Positions 1 to 7,946 of a stretch of 32,000 nucleotides of DNA are shown here, one piece after another. The stretch comes from a virus. Taxonomy: Duplodnaviria; Heunggongvirae; Uroviricota; Caudoviricetes. Each line of letters starts with the position of its first letter. Within the stretch, counting starts at the first letter, position 1. The stretch covers positions 366,590-398,589 of IMG/VR virus record IMGVR_UViG_3300022719_000283. One strand, 5' to 3'. The notes beneath the pieces were generated by a model. It did no database searches and was not told where the DNA came from. It worked only from the letters and a program-made list of their open reading frames with translations. Position numbers and translations under genes: made by a program.

Positions 1-1
1 G

Positions 2-220
2 CTCTACGGAATCCTGACGCAGGTTCTTCACCTGTGCTTTCATCTGCCGGACAAGTGGATGAAGCTGCCGTTTTTGCGAAGTCGTCTTTTCCAGGCCATG
101 AAGCTCCACCACACCATTCACCACGATCTACGGATGATGACGAAGTGGAACTTCAACCTCGGATTCCCGATCTGCGATGCTTTGTTTGGCACGTTGATCT
201 GGGAGCGCGAAACAAAGTAG
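2..220 (+). CDS. C-terminal fragment of a fatty-acid hydroxylase / sterol-desaturase superfamily protein (5' end outside the window)
   Basis: The frame is open from the window edge to TAG at 218-220. It is absent from the ORF track because no start lies in the window. The translation ...AMKLHHTIHHDLRMMTKWNFNLGFPICDALFGTLIWERETK carries an HxxHH histidine box and the NF(G)...D.LFGT tail typical of this superfamily. Confidence 0.55.
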   Translation, partial: LYGILTQVLHLCFHLPDKWMKLPFLRSRLFQAMKLHHTIHHDLRMMTKWNFNLGFPICDALFGTLIWERETK

Positions 221-229
221 CGCGTAGTT

Positions 230-314
230 TGGTGCCCCGGGAGGGATTTGAACCCCCACGCCTTTCGGCAACCGATCTTGAGGCGGTCGTGTCTACCAGT
301 TCCACCACCGAGGC
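230..314 (-). tRNA. tRNA-Leu(CAA), class II, CCA encoded
   Basis: Minus strand reads GCCTCGG-TG-GTGGAACTGGTAGACAC-G-ACCGC-CTCAAGA-TCGGT-(long variable arm)-GGGGG-TTCAAAT-CCCTC-CCGGGGC-A-CCA. The acceptor has 7 bp. The anticodon loop CUCAAGA gives CAA. There is one C:U mismatch at 31:39. Confidence 0.88.
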
Positions 315-324
315 ATAATCTGAC

Positions 325-407
325 TGGTGCCCTGGAGGGGAGTTGAACCCCTACGCCGAAGCAGCCGGGCTTAAACCGGCCGTGTCTACCAGTTCCACCA
401 CCAGGGC
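325..407 (-). tRNA. tRNA-Leu(UAA), class II, CCA encoded
   Basis: Minus strand reads GCCCTGG-TG-GTGGAACTGGTAGACAC-G-GCCGG-TTTAAGC-CCGGC-(variable arm)-AGGGG-TTCAACT-CCCCT-CCAGGGC-A-CCA. All stems are complementary. Confidence 0.9.
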
Positions 408-484
408 ATACGTGCGCACGAGAGCGTCTTCGCTCCTAGCGTAAGGAGCGGCGCAATCGGCTGTCGTATGCCCGGTAGAGTGTC

Positions 485-673
485 ATGGCGATGCCTATTT
501 ATACCTACCGGTGCTGGGAATGCAAGGCAGAGATCGAAGAAATCCAGAAATTCGACGATCCGGCCCCTGAGACATGCCCGAAGTGTCAGTGCCGAAGGAC
601 CCTGGAAAAGACCTTCGGGGTCTCGAATTTCCAGCTCAAAGGCAGTGGGTGGGCGAAGGATGGATACGGGTGA
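485..673 (+). CDS. FmdB-family zinc-ribbon protein
   Basis: The 62-aa ORF begins (MA)MPIYTYRCWEC...ETCPKCQ. The MPIYxYxC start and the paired CxxC motifs are typical of the FmdB/CxxC_CxxC_SSSS family. Confidence 0.8.
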   Translation: MAMPIYTYRCWECKAEIEEIQKFDDPAPETCPKCQCRRTLEKTFGVSNFQLKGSGWAKDGYG

Positions 674-725
674 ACGATGCCCTGATTGCCCTTTAGGGTT
701 CCCTAGGTAGGGCCCCCGGCCACAG

Positions 726-890
726 ATGGAATACTGGTACCAGGACTGGCTACTTAGGCGCGTAGACGAGCTCAAGCTCCACCCACGCGTCGCAAAGCTG
801 CGAGCCCGAACAGCCGAAGAGGAGTGGCTCTTGCTCGAAAAAATGGTGCTTGAGGAAATCGAGCGGCGGTGTTCCGAGGTCGATCAATAG
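726..890 (+). CDS. Small hypothetical protein (54 aa)
   Basis: ATG at 726 to TAG at 888-890 translates as MEYWYQDWLLRRVDELKLHPRVAKLRARTAEEEWLLLEKMVLEEIERRCSEVDQ. It is below the ORF-track size cutoff, looks helical and protein-like, and fills an otherwise empty gap. Confidence 0.3.
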   Translation: MEYWYQDWLLRRVDELKLHPRVAKLRARTAEEEWLLLEKMVLEEIERRCSEVDQ

Positions 891-891
891 G

Positions 892-1305
892 TTACTTCTG
901 GGCCTTGGCGCGAAAAGGACCCATCGCCTCGAACCACCGTGCAAGCCAGTCGAGGACCTCGTGGGGATAGTCAAACGTGCGTGCCTCATGTGGGTTTTCC
1001 TCGTCTTCGAGATCAAGGAACACACGACACAAGTACGCACCATGGTTACACCTCCAGCGCACCTCGAGTTTTTGCTGCCCGCGAGTGGCAGTCCAGGTCT
1101 CCCCTTCGTACCCGTTGGCCAGCTCTTGCTCTGTGGGCACCGTCAGGTCAGGTAACCCGGGGTCCGAAGAAGTCCACCCTTCGGGAAGGGCAACTCGGAT
1201 TCGGGGCGCTTTCCGTCCCTGTTTCTGGCATTGACGACAACACGCTTTTTCGTCAAATTGATCCACCGGTTTGGTCACTCGACAGCATCGGCAAAACTGA
1301 GTCAT
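892..1305 (-). CDS. Hypothetical protein with an N-terminal CxxC...KP..F...CxxC zinc-ribbon motif
   Basis: 137-aa ORF starting MTQFCRCCRVTKPVDQFDEKACCRQC. The same N-terminal motif occurs in the ORF at 7934-8251. Confidence 0.6.
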   Translation of the reverse strand: MTQFCRCCRVTKPVDQFDEKACCRQCQKQGRKAPRIRVALPEGWTSSDPGLPDLTVPTEQELANGYEGETWTATRGQQKLEVRWRCNHGAYLCRVFLDLEDEENPHEARTFDYPHEVLDWLARWFEAMGPFRAKAQK

Positions 1306-1355
1306 GCACGATCCTACCGAAACGGTAATACGGCTATCACAGGACCTTCACCGAG

Positions 1356-2732
1356 ATGTCTTCCCACACCAAAAAGCCCGAGCTCTGGCTCAAGTTTCTA
1401 GAACAGAAGTTCGGGGCGGAGGGAGGGCGGACTAAAGTTCCGAACACGAACACCGAATCTCGTGACAAGTACCCCAAGGTCACGGTTTTCACTCTTCTGC
1501 GCACCGACAGCCGATTCCGGCGCCAAGTCCTTCAGGAATATCGGCGATGGCGACAAGCCCTCAAAGAACAGGCGGCCAAGGGCACTCGTCGAACACCTAT
1601 CCGGATCAAGAGCAAGATCGAGGTGCCCAAGGGAGCACACGCCATCCACAAGTTGATGAAGGATGCCGGCCACGAGCTCTATCTCGTAGGAGGCTCCGTG
1701 CGAGACCATGTGCTCGGCAAGAAGCCCAAGGACTTCGATCTTGCTACGGAGGCATCTCCCGAACAGATCATCGACATCTTGTCGAAAGACAAGCGATTCA
1801 AAGACAAGCTGGACCTCACGGGTGAGCAATTCGGTGTGGTCCGAGTGCGCGATCCGGAAGGCGAAGAATACGAGATCGCCACTTTCCGTGAGGACATCGG
1901 GGAAGGACGTCGCCCGGACGAAGTGAAGTTCACGACCATCGACGAGGATGTGGCTCGCCGGGACTTGACCATCAACGCTCTGTTCTACGACCTGGATACG
2001 AATGAGATCGTCGACTACGTGGGAGGTATTAAAGACGCCAAGGAGGGCGTTATCCGAACTGTGGGGCGCCCCAAGGATCGCTTTCGTGAGGACAAACTTC
2101 GAGTGCTCCGAGTGCTTCGTTTTGCGGGACGCCTAGGCGCTGAGATCGATGACGAGACCTCGAAGGCGATCAAGGATGATCCTGACCTGCATGAAGTGTC
2201 CTCCGAACGCATCCACGATGAGTTCGTTCGAGGCATTACATCGGCGAAAGACCCGAAGCACTACCTCAAAATGATGGATGACCTCAACTTGTTTGAGCAG
2301 GTGTTCCCCGGCCTCAAAGTGGGCAAGACCTACCTGGACACACCGGACCCAGTTCTCCAGATGACCAGTATCCTTCGGGACAACAAACCCGAAGACATCG
2401 AACGAGTCATGCGCGAGATGACGTACACGAAGAATGAGATCCAGAAGGTCTTGTTCTTGCTAAAGATGCGGGATCTCGAGCCGGAAACCGCGTACGGTCT
2501 CAAGAGGGTTTTCAACAAACTGAAGCTGAACCCCTCCGATCTCATGGCCGCAGCGAAAGCTCTGGGGACTCCTTCCATCGACAAAGTCAAAGCCTTCGCC
2601 AACTTTGCCGAGGCACCCCCCGCGTTGACGGGCAAAGAGCTCCTGGAGCGCGGAATGAAGAAGGGCCCAGAGATGGGTCGGGCCATCGCCAAAGCCGAGC
2701 AAGAAGCCTACGAAGCCCTTCTGGCGGACTAG
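1356..2732 (+). CDS. cca: CCA-adding enzyme / tRNA nucleotidyltransferase (class II, PolyA_pol head domain) with an N-terminal extension of about 85-95 aa
   Basis: Motifs present: LYLVGGSVRDHVLGKKPKDFDLAT (GGxVRD...DxD), RRDLTINALFYD and EDKLRVLRVLRFAGRL. The GGSVRD motif starts only at about residue 112, so the N-terminus is extended. No C-terminal HD motif was seen. Confidence 0.9.
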   Translation: MSSHTKKPELWLKFLEQKFGAEGGRTKVPNTNTESRDKYPKVTVFTLLRTDSRFRRQVLQEYRRWRQALKEQAAKGTRRTPIRIKSKIEVPKGAHAIHKLMKDAGHELYLVGGSVRDHVLGKKPKDFDLATEASPEQIIDILSKDKRFKDKLDLTGEQFGVVRVRDPEGEEYEIATFREDIGEGRRPDEVKFTTIDEDVARRDLTINALFYDLDTNEIVDYVGGIKDAKEGVIRTVGRPKDRFREDKLRVLRVLRFAGRLGAEIDDETSKAIKDDPDLHEVSSERIHDEFVRGITSAKDPKHYLKMMDDLNLFEQVFPGLKVGKTYLDTPDPVLQMTSILRDNKPEDIERVMREMTYTKNEIQKVLFLLKMRDLEPETAYGLKRVFNKLKLNPSDLMAAAKALGTPSIDKVKAFANFAEAPPALTGKELLERGMKKGPEMGRAIAKAEQEAYEALLAD

Positions 2733-2733
2733 G

Positions 2734-3999
2734 TTACCAACGAACACCTACAGCTCGAGAGGCGATAAGGATACCGTTTTCCTTCGCCCATTTCTGCACC
2801 CATGTCATCTCGGCCGGGGTCGGCAAACGGTTCCAATCTCCTCGAATTTGGCGCACCGTCTTCGTGGAGTTGTGCAGCTCGATGGTGAGGGTCTTTTCCT
2901 TGTCGACCGCGTAGGACCAGATCGAAAGAGACCGTCGCCCAATGTTCCAGGCGTAGCTGGTGACGCAGTGCCGCAAGGCTTTGCCTTCCTCGTGAAGCCT
3001 CTTGTAGGTGAGAATCTCTGTGATCGTGTGATTCTCCGAGCGCTTTTTCCCCGTCCGAGGGTCCTTGATCTGGCGGTTGTGGAACCAGTCATCCACTCCG
3101 CACGGCTTGAACTTTTCCGGAGGCGGGTTGCGGTAGCTACTTTGTAGGGCCCTACGATTTGCCTGTTGCTCGGCCGCGAGATTTCGGTGCCACGCTTCCA
3201 TGTCTCGCATCAGCGAAACCACCGTGCGCCCCTTGATTGCCCACTCGTTGTTCAAACGACGACAATTGTCGATGTAGTCGATCAAGGGACCCACTTGAAC
3301 CGGATCCAGCATTCCCTGGGCTGAGAACCACTGGATCACTTTGGCCCGGAAACTTTCGGTGCGCTGGCCCCCAAGAAGATCCCCCCATTCGGTCGCACAC
3401 AGGGTTTCTGCCAGAGGACGGTCGCCTCCGTAGCTCTGCACTTGTGTCCATCGAACGGCGTGCACGATCGTCTTGACCTTCTTCTGTTGCATGAAGGCGT
3501 GGCATTGTTTCTTGGTGAAGGCGGCCGAAAAGCGCCCTGCCTTCACTAGCTTGTGCATGCCGAGTCCCTGCGCCAGGTCCACGAAGTTATCTACCATGTG
3601 AAGATTGCCAAGATCTCCCCGCACCTCCTGCCCGTCCCAAAAATCCCCTGTGCCGCGAAACCAAACCTCGAACCAGAAGGCGGGCATCGGGTATTGGCAA
3701 ATCAGATGACGGACGAGACTCCGCAGGATCGTGCCTACCGCCTTTCCTTTGGGTTTCCAGTTTTTGAGATCCCGAACCCACCTATGCTGATAGCGCAGCA
3801 AACGGTGCAACACCACCCAAGCCTGGGGATGTTCCGCGATCTTCCGGCACTTTCGATCCAATGATCTGAAGGGTGTCACCACGAAGACGCTGCCAAACCG
3901 TCGATCGGATACCTTGGCTCTCCGAAACGCCTCCTGAATTCTGGCTTCGCGCTCTTCCTCTTCTGCTCGGCGCGCAGCCAATGTCCAACCCTTAGCCAT
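2734..3999 (-). CDS. PcfJ-like domain protein
   Basis: 421-aa ORF. The C-terminal region ...LHEEGKALRHCVTSYAWNIGRRSLSIWSY...LTIELHN...VRQIRGDWNR matches the EG..m.HCV.sY... signature of PcfJ-like proteins. Confidence 0.65.
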   Translation of the reverse strand: MAKGWTLAARRAEEEEREARIQEAFRRAKVSDRRFGSVFVVTPFRSLDRKCRKIAEHPQAWVVLHRLLRYQHRWVRDLKNWKPKGKAVGTILRSLVRHLICQYPMPAFWFEVWFRGTGDFWDGQEVRGDLGNLHMVDNFVDLAQGLGMHKLVKAGRFSAAFTKKQCHAFMQQKKVKTIVHAVRWTQVQSYGGDRPLAETLCATEWGDLLGGQRTESFRAKVIQWFSAQGMLDPVQVGPLIDYIDNCRRLNNEWAIKGRTVVSLMRDMEAWHRNLAAEQQANRRALQSSYRNPPPEKFKPCGVDDWFHNRQIKDPRTGKKRSENHTITEILTYKRLHEEGKALRHCVTSYAWNIGRRSLSIWSYAVDKEKTLTIELHNSTKTVRQIRGDWNRLPTPAEMTWVQKWAKENGILIASRAVGVRW

Positions 4000-4228
4000 T
4001 TCTACCTCGTCTTCTTCTCAAGTGGCCATAGATGATGTCATCAGCTCGATGATCTGTCCAACCTTCGTCGCACAGGGTGCACTGCAAAACCGGGAACACG
4101 AGCTCAGCAGTATCGACGAGTTCCTTGTTGACGTAATACTCGACCTCGTGGGGACCCATGTCAATTTTGACCTGTCGGGCTCCACAGTTTACGCATTCCT
4201 CGATGCTTCTCACGTTTGCCATCAACAA
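3992..4228 (-). CDS. Small zinc-ribbon protein (YgiT/MqsA-N-terminal-like CxxC...CxxC)
   Basis: 78-aa ORF with CVNCG ... CTLCDEGW. It overlaps the PcfJ-like start by 8 nt, which suggests translational coupling. Confidence 0.55.
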   Translation of the reverse strand: MLMANVRSIEECVNCGARQVKIDMGPHEVEYYVNKELVDTAELVFPVLQCTLCDEGWTDHRADDIIYGHLRRRRGRNG

Positions 4229-4245
4229 AACTACCCGGAGCGCCG

Positions 4246-4800
4246 TCAGTCCTTGGGTAGGGAGGGCTTGTCGGACCCAGAAGCCAGATGATGCATACGA
4301 GACAGGAAATCATCCGGCTCAGAAGAGCGTATACGATTGTCCTGAAACTTGTTTTCGGGATCTTCCTGTTCCTCGCGGGTCAGCCACGCCATCCGGTAGC
4401 TGTCCGGGAAGATGTCGGGCCCCAGGTAGAACAGGATGCCGGTGTCGGAGCCGTCCACCTGAAACTTCACCTGCTTGAGCTTGGCGATGTGTTTCACGAC
4501 GGACCACGCACACTTGGAACCGTCTTCGAGCACGAGGACGGGGTTACGAGAGGTTCCTACCGGGAGCTCCAATTCCCAGGAGGTCCAACCACGATCCGGA
4601 GGACGATAGACAATACCTCCTTTCTCTGTGACCTGAGCCAGGTCGAGCTCGATGAGAACGGGGTCGATGTCCATCGTGTGCAACCAGAGCTCACGCGTAC
4701 CAGGCCAGACTGCCTTGGCAATCTCCCGCGCATGTCCCCGATTTTCGAGCTTGAGTAGGTTCGTGAAAAACTCTCGGAAAAGGTCTTTGGGTTCCATCAT
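4246..4800 (-). CDS. Hypothetical protein
   Basis: 184-aa ORF. It is coupled to the upstream gene by a 4-nt overlap. No motif was recognised. Confidence 0.6.
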   Translation of the reverse strand: MMEPKDLFREFFTNLLKLENRGHAREIAKAVWPGTRELWLHTMDIDPVLIELDLAQVTEKGGIVYRPPDRGWTSWELELPVGTSRNPVLVLEDGSKCAWSVVKHIAKLKQVKFQVDGSDTGILFYLGPDIFPDSYRMAWLTREEQEDPENKFQDNRIRSSEPDDFLSRMHHLASGSDKPSLPKD

Positions 4801-5339
4801 GCGTCCTTTTTCGGGCCATCCCTCAGTATCTGGATGGCGGGTTCGATGTGCTCGTCGAGTAGTCCTCTCTCCCGGGATGTCCGGACTAAGTGAGGAGCCA
4901 GGTAAACGAAACTGTCAGGGCCCATGTCGTCCAGGATCACGAACTGGTTTTCGACCTCGAGCTCTGGGTTCTCGAGGATCCAGGTGTGGATCTGATGGCC
5001 CCGGACCACGTACTGGCCGAGACAGATACCACGACCTCGTACCTGAGACGCCGTAGGAGTTCGTCCGATCACTTTTCCTTGGAGCCCTCTTTTGTCCAGG
5101 ATCCGCTGCATGTCGTTAGAGGTGCAGTGATAGCGCCACGAAGAAGAGATCACGACTTGGGCTTCGGTAGCTTCCAAGATTTTGTTGAGTCGGTCGACAG
5201 CAACCGGGTCCACCATGTGGCACCACCAGTCGTCGCTACCCTCCTTCGGGAAACCGAGATCGTCCTCTTTTCGTAGCAAGTCGAAGAATACCGTGCTGTT
5301 TAGAACCCCGTCCATGTCCAAGAAGAGAATGCGGGTCAT
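4797..5339 (-). CDS. HAD-superfamily phosphatase-like protein
   Basis: N-terminal MTRILFLDMDGVLNS gives HAD motif I (DxDGV). VVISSSWR is motif-II-like. The size and layout resemble stand-alone HAD domains and polynucleotide 3'-phosphatase-like domains. Confidence 0.65.
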   Translation of the reverse strand: MTRILFLDMDGVLNSTVFFDLLRKEDDLGFPKEGSDDWWCHMVDPVAVDRLNKILEATEAQVVISSSWRYHCTSNDMQRILDKRGLQGKVIGRTPTASQVRGRGICLGQYVVRGHQIHTWILENPELEVENQFVILDDMGPDSFVYLAPHLVRTSRERGLLDEHIEPAIQILRDGPKKDA

Positions 5340-5590
5340 GGCAGAAACTCCCGAAAGGCGTTTAGCCCAAGGACTGCCACCTTATATTCTTCCCGTTCCC
5401 AATCTTTGCAGGATCCCGATCGGTGGATGCTCAGTCGACTGGTCTCCTCGCTGTGCTTGAGGTGCGAGTACGTGTGGACGTTGCAGTACCCCCATCCGTC
5501 TTTCGACAGATCGGAGTTGAGGCACGTTTCACACGAAGGGTGAATCGTATAGTCGATCGTCCGCAGCACTTTGAGTTTGTTCGCGTCCAT
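5336..5590 (-). CDS. Hypothetical Cys/His-rich protein
   Basis: The track ORF is 5336-5644. I prefer the start at MDANKLKV (ATG at 5588-5590), which forms a TGATG overlap with the stop of the upstream gene. Confidence 0.5.
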   Translation of the reverse strand: MDANKLKVLRTIDYTIHPSCETCLNSDLSKDGWGYCNVHTYSHLKHSEETSRLSIHRSGSCKDWEREEYKVAVLGLNAFREFLP

Positions 5591-5823
5591 CACTTCTTCT
5601 CGTATTTTTGGATCTTCTTGGCCATCTCCCACCACAAGGGCCATCGTCCAAACTGCGCTCGAAACTCTGAGGCCAACTCGGTGTAGTCGTGACGCACGGA
5701 GCCGTTATCCGGGCACGGCGAGATCTTGTGGGACGCATCGGTCAGATGTGTCAAGACTGCCTCATCGCGCTTGTGTTGCACTCGAGTGCGGAGGTCCCAT
5801 TCTTGCTGATCCATGGCTCCCAT
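5590..5823 (-). CDS. Hypothetical protein
   Basis: The track ORF 5590-5832 begins at TTG. An in-frame ATG at 5821-5823 (MGAMDQQEWD...) lies just after the terminator hairpin. Confidence 0.5.
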   Translation of the reverse strand: MGAMDQQEWDLRTRVQHKRDEAVLTHLTDASHKISPCPDNGSVRHDYTELASEFRAQFGRWPLWWEMAKKIQKYEKK

Positions 5824-5830
5824 TTTACGC

Positions 5831-5862
5831 AAAAACCGGGACCCTCGAAGAAGGGTCCCGGT
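5831..5862 (-). terminator. Rho-independent terminator (second of a tandem pair after tuf)
   Basis: On the minus strand, ACCGGGACCCU-UCUUCG-AGGGUCCCGGU forms a perfect 11-bp stem and is followed by UUUUUG. Confidence 0.6.
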
Positions 5863-5879
5863 AAAACAGCATCTTCATG

Positions 5880-5912
5880 AAAAAGCCCGGTGGGTTCAGG
5901 ATCCCACCGGGC
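5880..5912 (-). terminator. Rho-independent terminator immediately after the EF-Tu stop (possibly bidirectional)
   Basis: On the minus strand, GCCCGGUGGG-AUCCUGAA-CCCACCGGGC forms a 10-bp GC-rich stem and is followed by UUUUUC. On the plus strand the same stem is followed by CAGGUUUUU. Confidence 0.75.
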
Positions 5913-5919
5913 CAGGTTT

Positions 5920-7077
5920 TTAGGCGCTCACCTCCAGGACTACGCCTGCTCCGACCGTTTTTCCGCCTTCGCGGATGGCGAAGCGCATGCCGGGCTCACA
6001 GGCCACGGGCTTCTGGAGATTGAAGGTGATCTCCGCACGGTCACCGGGGTTCACTGATCCCACGTCTCCGACATCGACCACGGCGGTTACGTCGGCGGCG
6101 CCGAAGAAGAACTGGGGCTGGTACCCGGTCCCGAAACCGGTGTGACGACCTCCCTCCTTCTCGGAGAGGGTGAAAATCTCCGCCTTACCGACCTTGTGAG
6201 GCTTGATGGAGTCCGGCTTGATCGCCACCTGACCCCGCTGCACTGCATCACGCTCCACACCGCGCAGGAGAAGCCCGACATTGAGGCCCGCTTTGGCCGC
6301 CGGGATGTCCTTGTGGAACGCCTGGATGCCTGTCACGACCGCCCTGATGGGCTTGTTGTCCGTGCGACCGATGACCTCGACTTCGGTGCCTACGGGGATG
6401 CTTCCGCGCTCCACGCGACCGGTGACGACAGTCCCACGACCCGCGATGGTGCACACACCTTCGATGGGCATCAGGAAATCCCCTGACTCGTCACGCTCCG
6501 GGACCTTGAGGTGGCTGTCCATGGAGGATAGAAGCTCCTTGATGGGCTCGAGGTCATCTCCCTCGAGAGCTTTGAGCGCAGATCCCTTGATGATGGGTGT
6601 GTCCTTGAAACCCTGGGACTCAAGCATCTCGGTGACTTCCATCTCGACGAGCTCGAGCATCTCCGGATCGGCGATGTCCACCTTGTTGATGAACACGACC
6701 ATCTGGCCCACGTTTACCTGACGAGCAAGCAAGATGTGCTCACGCGTCTGGTGCTGGGGGCCCTGGCTTCCATCCACCAGAAGGATCGCCCCGTCCATCT
6801 GGCTCGCACCCGTGATCATGTTTTTGATGTAGTCCGCGTGACCCGGGCAATCGATGTGCGCGTAGTGACGGGTCTCGGACTCGTACTCGACGTGAGAAGC
6901 GGAGATCGTGATGCCACGCTCCTTCTCTTCCTTCGCATTGTCGATCTCCTCGAATGCCTTGGCGTTGCCCCCATGGAGCTCCGCGCAGATCTTCGTGATC
7001 GCGGCTGTGAGGGTGGTCTTCCCATGGTCGACGTGACCGATGGTTCCGACATTGAGGTGCTGCTTTTGCTCGTACAT
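5920..7077 (-). CDS. tuf: Elongation factor Tu (divergent, 385 aa)
   Basis: Starts [23 protein letters not shown] (P-loop). Also has [25 protein letters not shown] and the [16 protein letters not shown]-terminus. The track ORF (5920-7293) runs on through two tRNA genes. The true ATG is at 7075-7077. Confidence 0.93.
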   Translation of the reverse strand: MYEQKQHLNVGTIGHVDHGKTTLTAAITKICAELHGGNAKAFEEIDNAKEEKERGITISASHVEYESETRHYAHIDCPGHADYIKNMITGASQMDGAILLVDGSQGPQHQTREHILLARQVNVGQMVVFINKVDIADPEMLELVEMEVTEMLESQGFKDTPIIKGSALKALEGDDLEPIKELLSSMDSHLKVPERDESGDFLMPIEGVCTIAGRGTVVTGRVERGSIPVGTEVEVIGRTDNKPIRAVVTGIQAFHKDIPAAKAGLNVGLLLRGVERDAVQRGQVAIKPDSIKPHKVGKAEIFTLSEKEGGRHTGFGTGYQPQFFFGAADVTAVVDVGDVGSVNPGDRAEITFNLQKPVACEPGMRFAIREGGKTVGAGVVLEVSA

Positions 7078-7132
7078 TGGATTGTTGCGTCTTCTTTCTC
7101 CCCGTCTTTCCGGGGTGTCATCCTGAAGTCTT

Positions 7133-7217
7133 TGGTTGGTGGGGTCGGAATCGAACCGACCGTGCGTAATACGCTGCGGATTTACAGTCCGCTTCGCCAC
7201 CTTGGCTGTTCCCACCA
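7133..7217 (-). tRNA. tRNA-Tyr(GUA), bacterial class II type, CCA encoded
   Basis: Anticodon arm GCGGA-CTGTAAA-TCCGC, long variable arm, T arm GTCGG-TTCGATT-CCGAC, then CCCACCA-A-CCA. The 85-nt length matches bacterial tRNA-Tyr. The exact 5' end (U1 versus G1) and the D-arm register are uncertain by hand. Confidence 0.8.
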
Positions 7218-7237
7218 ATGTCACCGGGCACGTCCGA

Positions 7238-7308
7238 TCCGGTCGGAGGGATTCGAACCCCCGGGGGGCATGGATTTCATGCCGTCTGACCACTCAGACC
7301 TCGACCGG
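7238..7308 (-). tRNA. tRNA-like gene with a 5-nt anticodon loop (identity undetermined, no CCA encoded)
   Basis: CCGGTCG-AG-GTCT-GAGTGGTC-AGAC-G-GCATG-AAATC-CATGC-CCCCC-GGGGG-TTCGAAT-CCCTC-CGACCGG-A. The acceptor is 7/7 and the D and T arms are canonical. The total is 71 nt, two short, and both missing nucleotides are in the anticodon loop. The alternative fold GGCAT-GAAATCC-ATGCC lacks both U33 and nucleotide 26. Confidence 0.6.
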
Positions 7309-7502
7309 GAACGATCAGGGCTCGCTCCGTGGGCTTAGATGTGGCTCAGAGGTTTAGTCCACCTGAGCGTCCAGCCAACCCACGGAGCTGCAAATAAGCT
7401 CGATACGTCGCGTACATCTGCTTGGCTCCTTCCATGGTTGGGGTTCTCAGGTAATCCCGCCTCAAGCGGGTTTGTCAAGTGTAGTCGAGCTTGATGCAAA
7501 CG

Positions 7503-7946
7503 TCAAGAGAGAAAGTCCGAAAATTTGCTGTCCTTCGTGAAGACGGGCCAGCCTCCTTGAACCCCTTCTTCTGGGGTCTGATCCGTCCAGGTCCGGTGGG
7601 CTTCAGCAACCCATTCACCCACGTAGCTTCCGATGAAGTATTTCACGTCGTCCGGAATTTCAACCACGGCTACTCCAGTGTGCTCCTCACTGACCATGCC
7701 CTCTGATCCGAGTTCGTCGAAGACCTGAAGCAAGGTGGGGTCGTGACGAGGGAGGGTGCTAAGGAGCGAGTATCCCGAATCTTCGCGGTGTTGGGTCTTT
7801 TTCTCATCCCCGTAGGCATAATGGTTCGGCTCATCCACAAGCGGCATGTGCTCCGTGGAGGCCCAGTCGGCTCCGAGCTCTCGGGCACGCAGAATCGCTT
7901 TACGAGAAAGCCAAAGAACGCAGTCATGTGAGATCAGGACTCGCAT
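7503..7946 (-). CDS. Hypothetical protein (weak paralog of 22751-23152)
   Basis: 147-aa ORF with MRVLISHDCVLWLSRKAILRARELGADW..., PRHDPTLLQVFDELG... and VAVVEIPDDVKYFIGSYVGEWV. By eye the pattern is shared with the ORF at 22751. Confidence 0.6.
   Translation of the reverse strand: MRVLISHDCVLWLSRKAILRARELGADWASTEHMPLVDEPNHYAYGDEKKTQHREDSGYSLLSTLPRHDPTLLQVFDELGSEGMVSEEHTGVAVVEIPDDVKYFIGSYVGEWVAEAHRTWTDQTPEEGVQGGWPVFTKDSKFSDFLS

Noticed and set aside
34-318. 94-aa plus-strand ORF at the left edge.
   Set aside because: Its 3' third is antisense to tRNA-Leu(CAA). The real coding frame upstream is the start-less frame ending at TAG 218-220, the hydroxylase-family C-terminus.
5920-7293. 457-aa version of the EF-Tu ORF, with a 72-aa N-terminal extension.
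   Set aside because: The extension is read through tRNA-Tyr and the 5-nt-loop tRNA-like gene and has no EF-Tu similarity. The conserved N-terminus begins at the ATG at 7075-7077.
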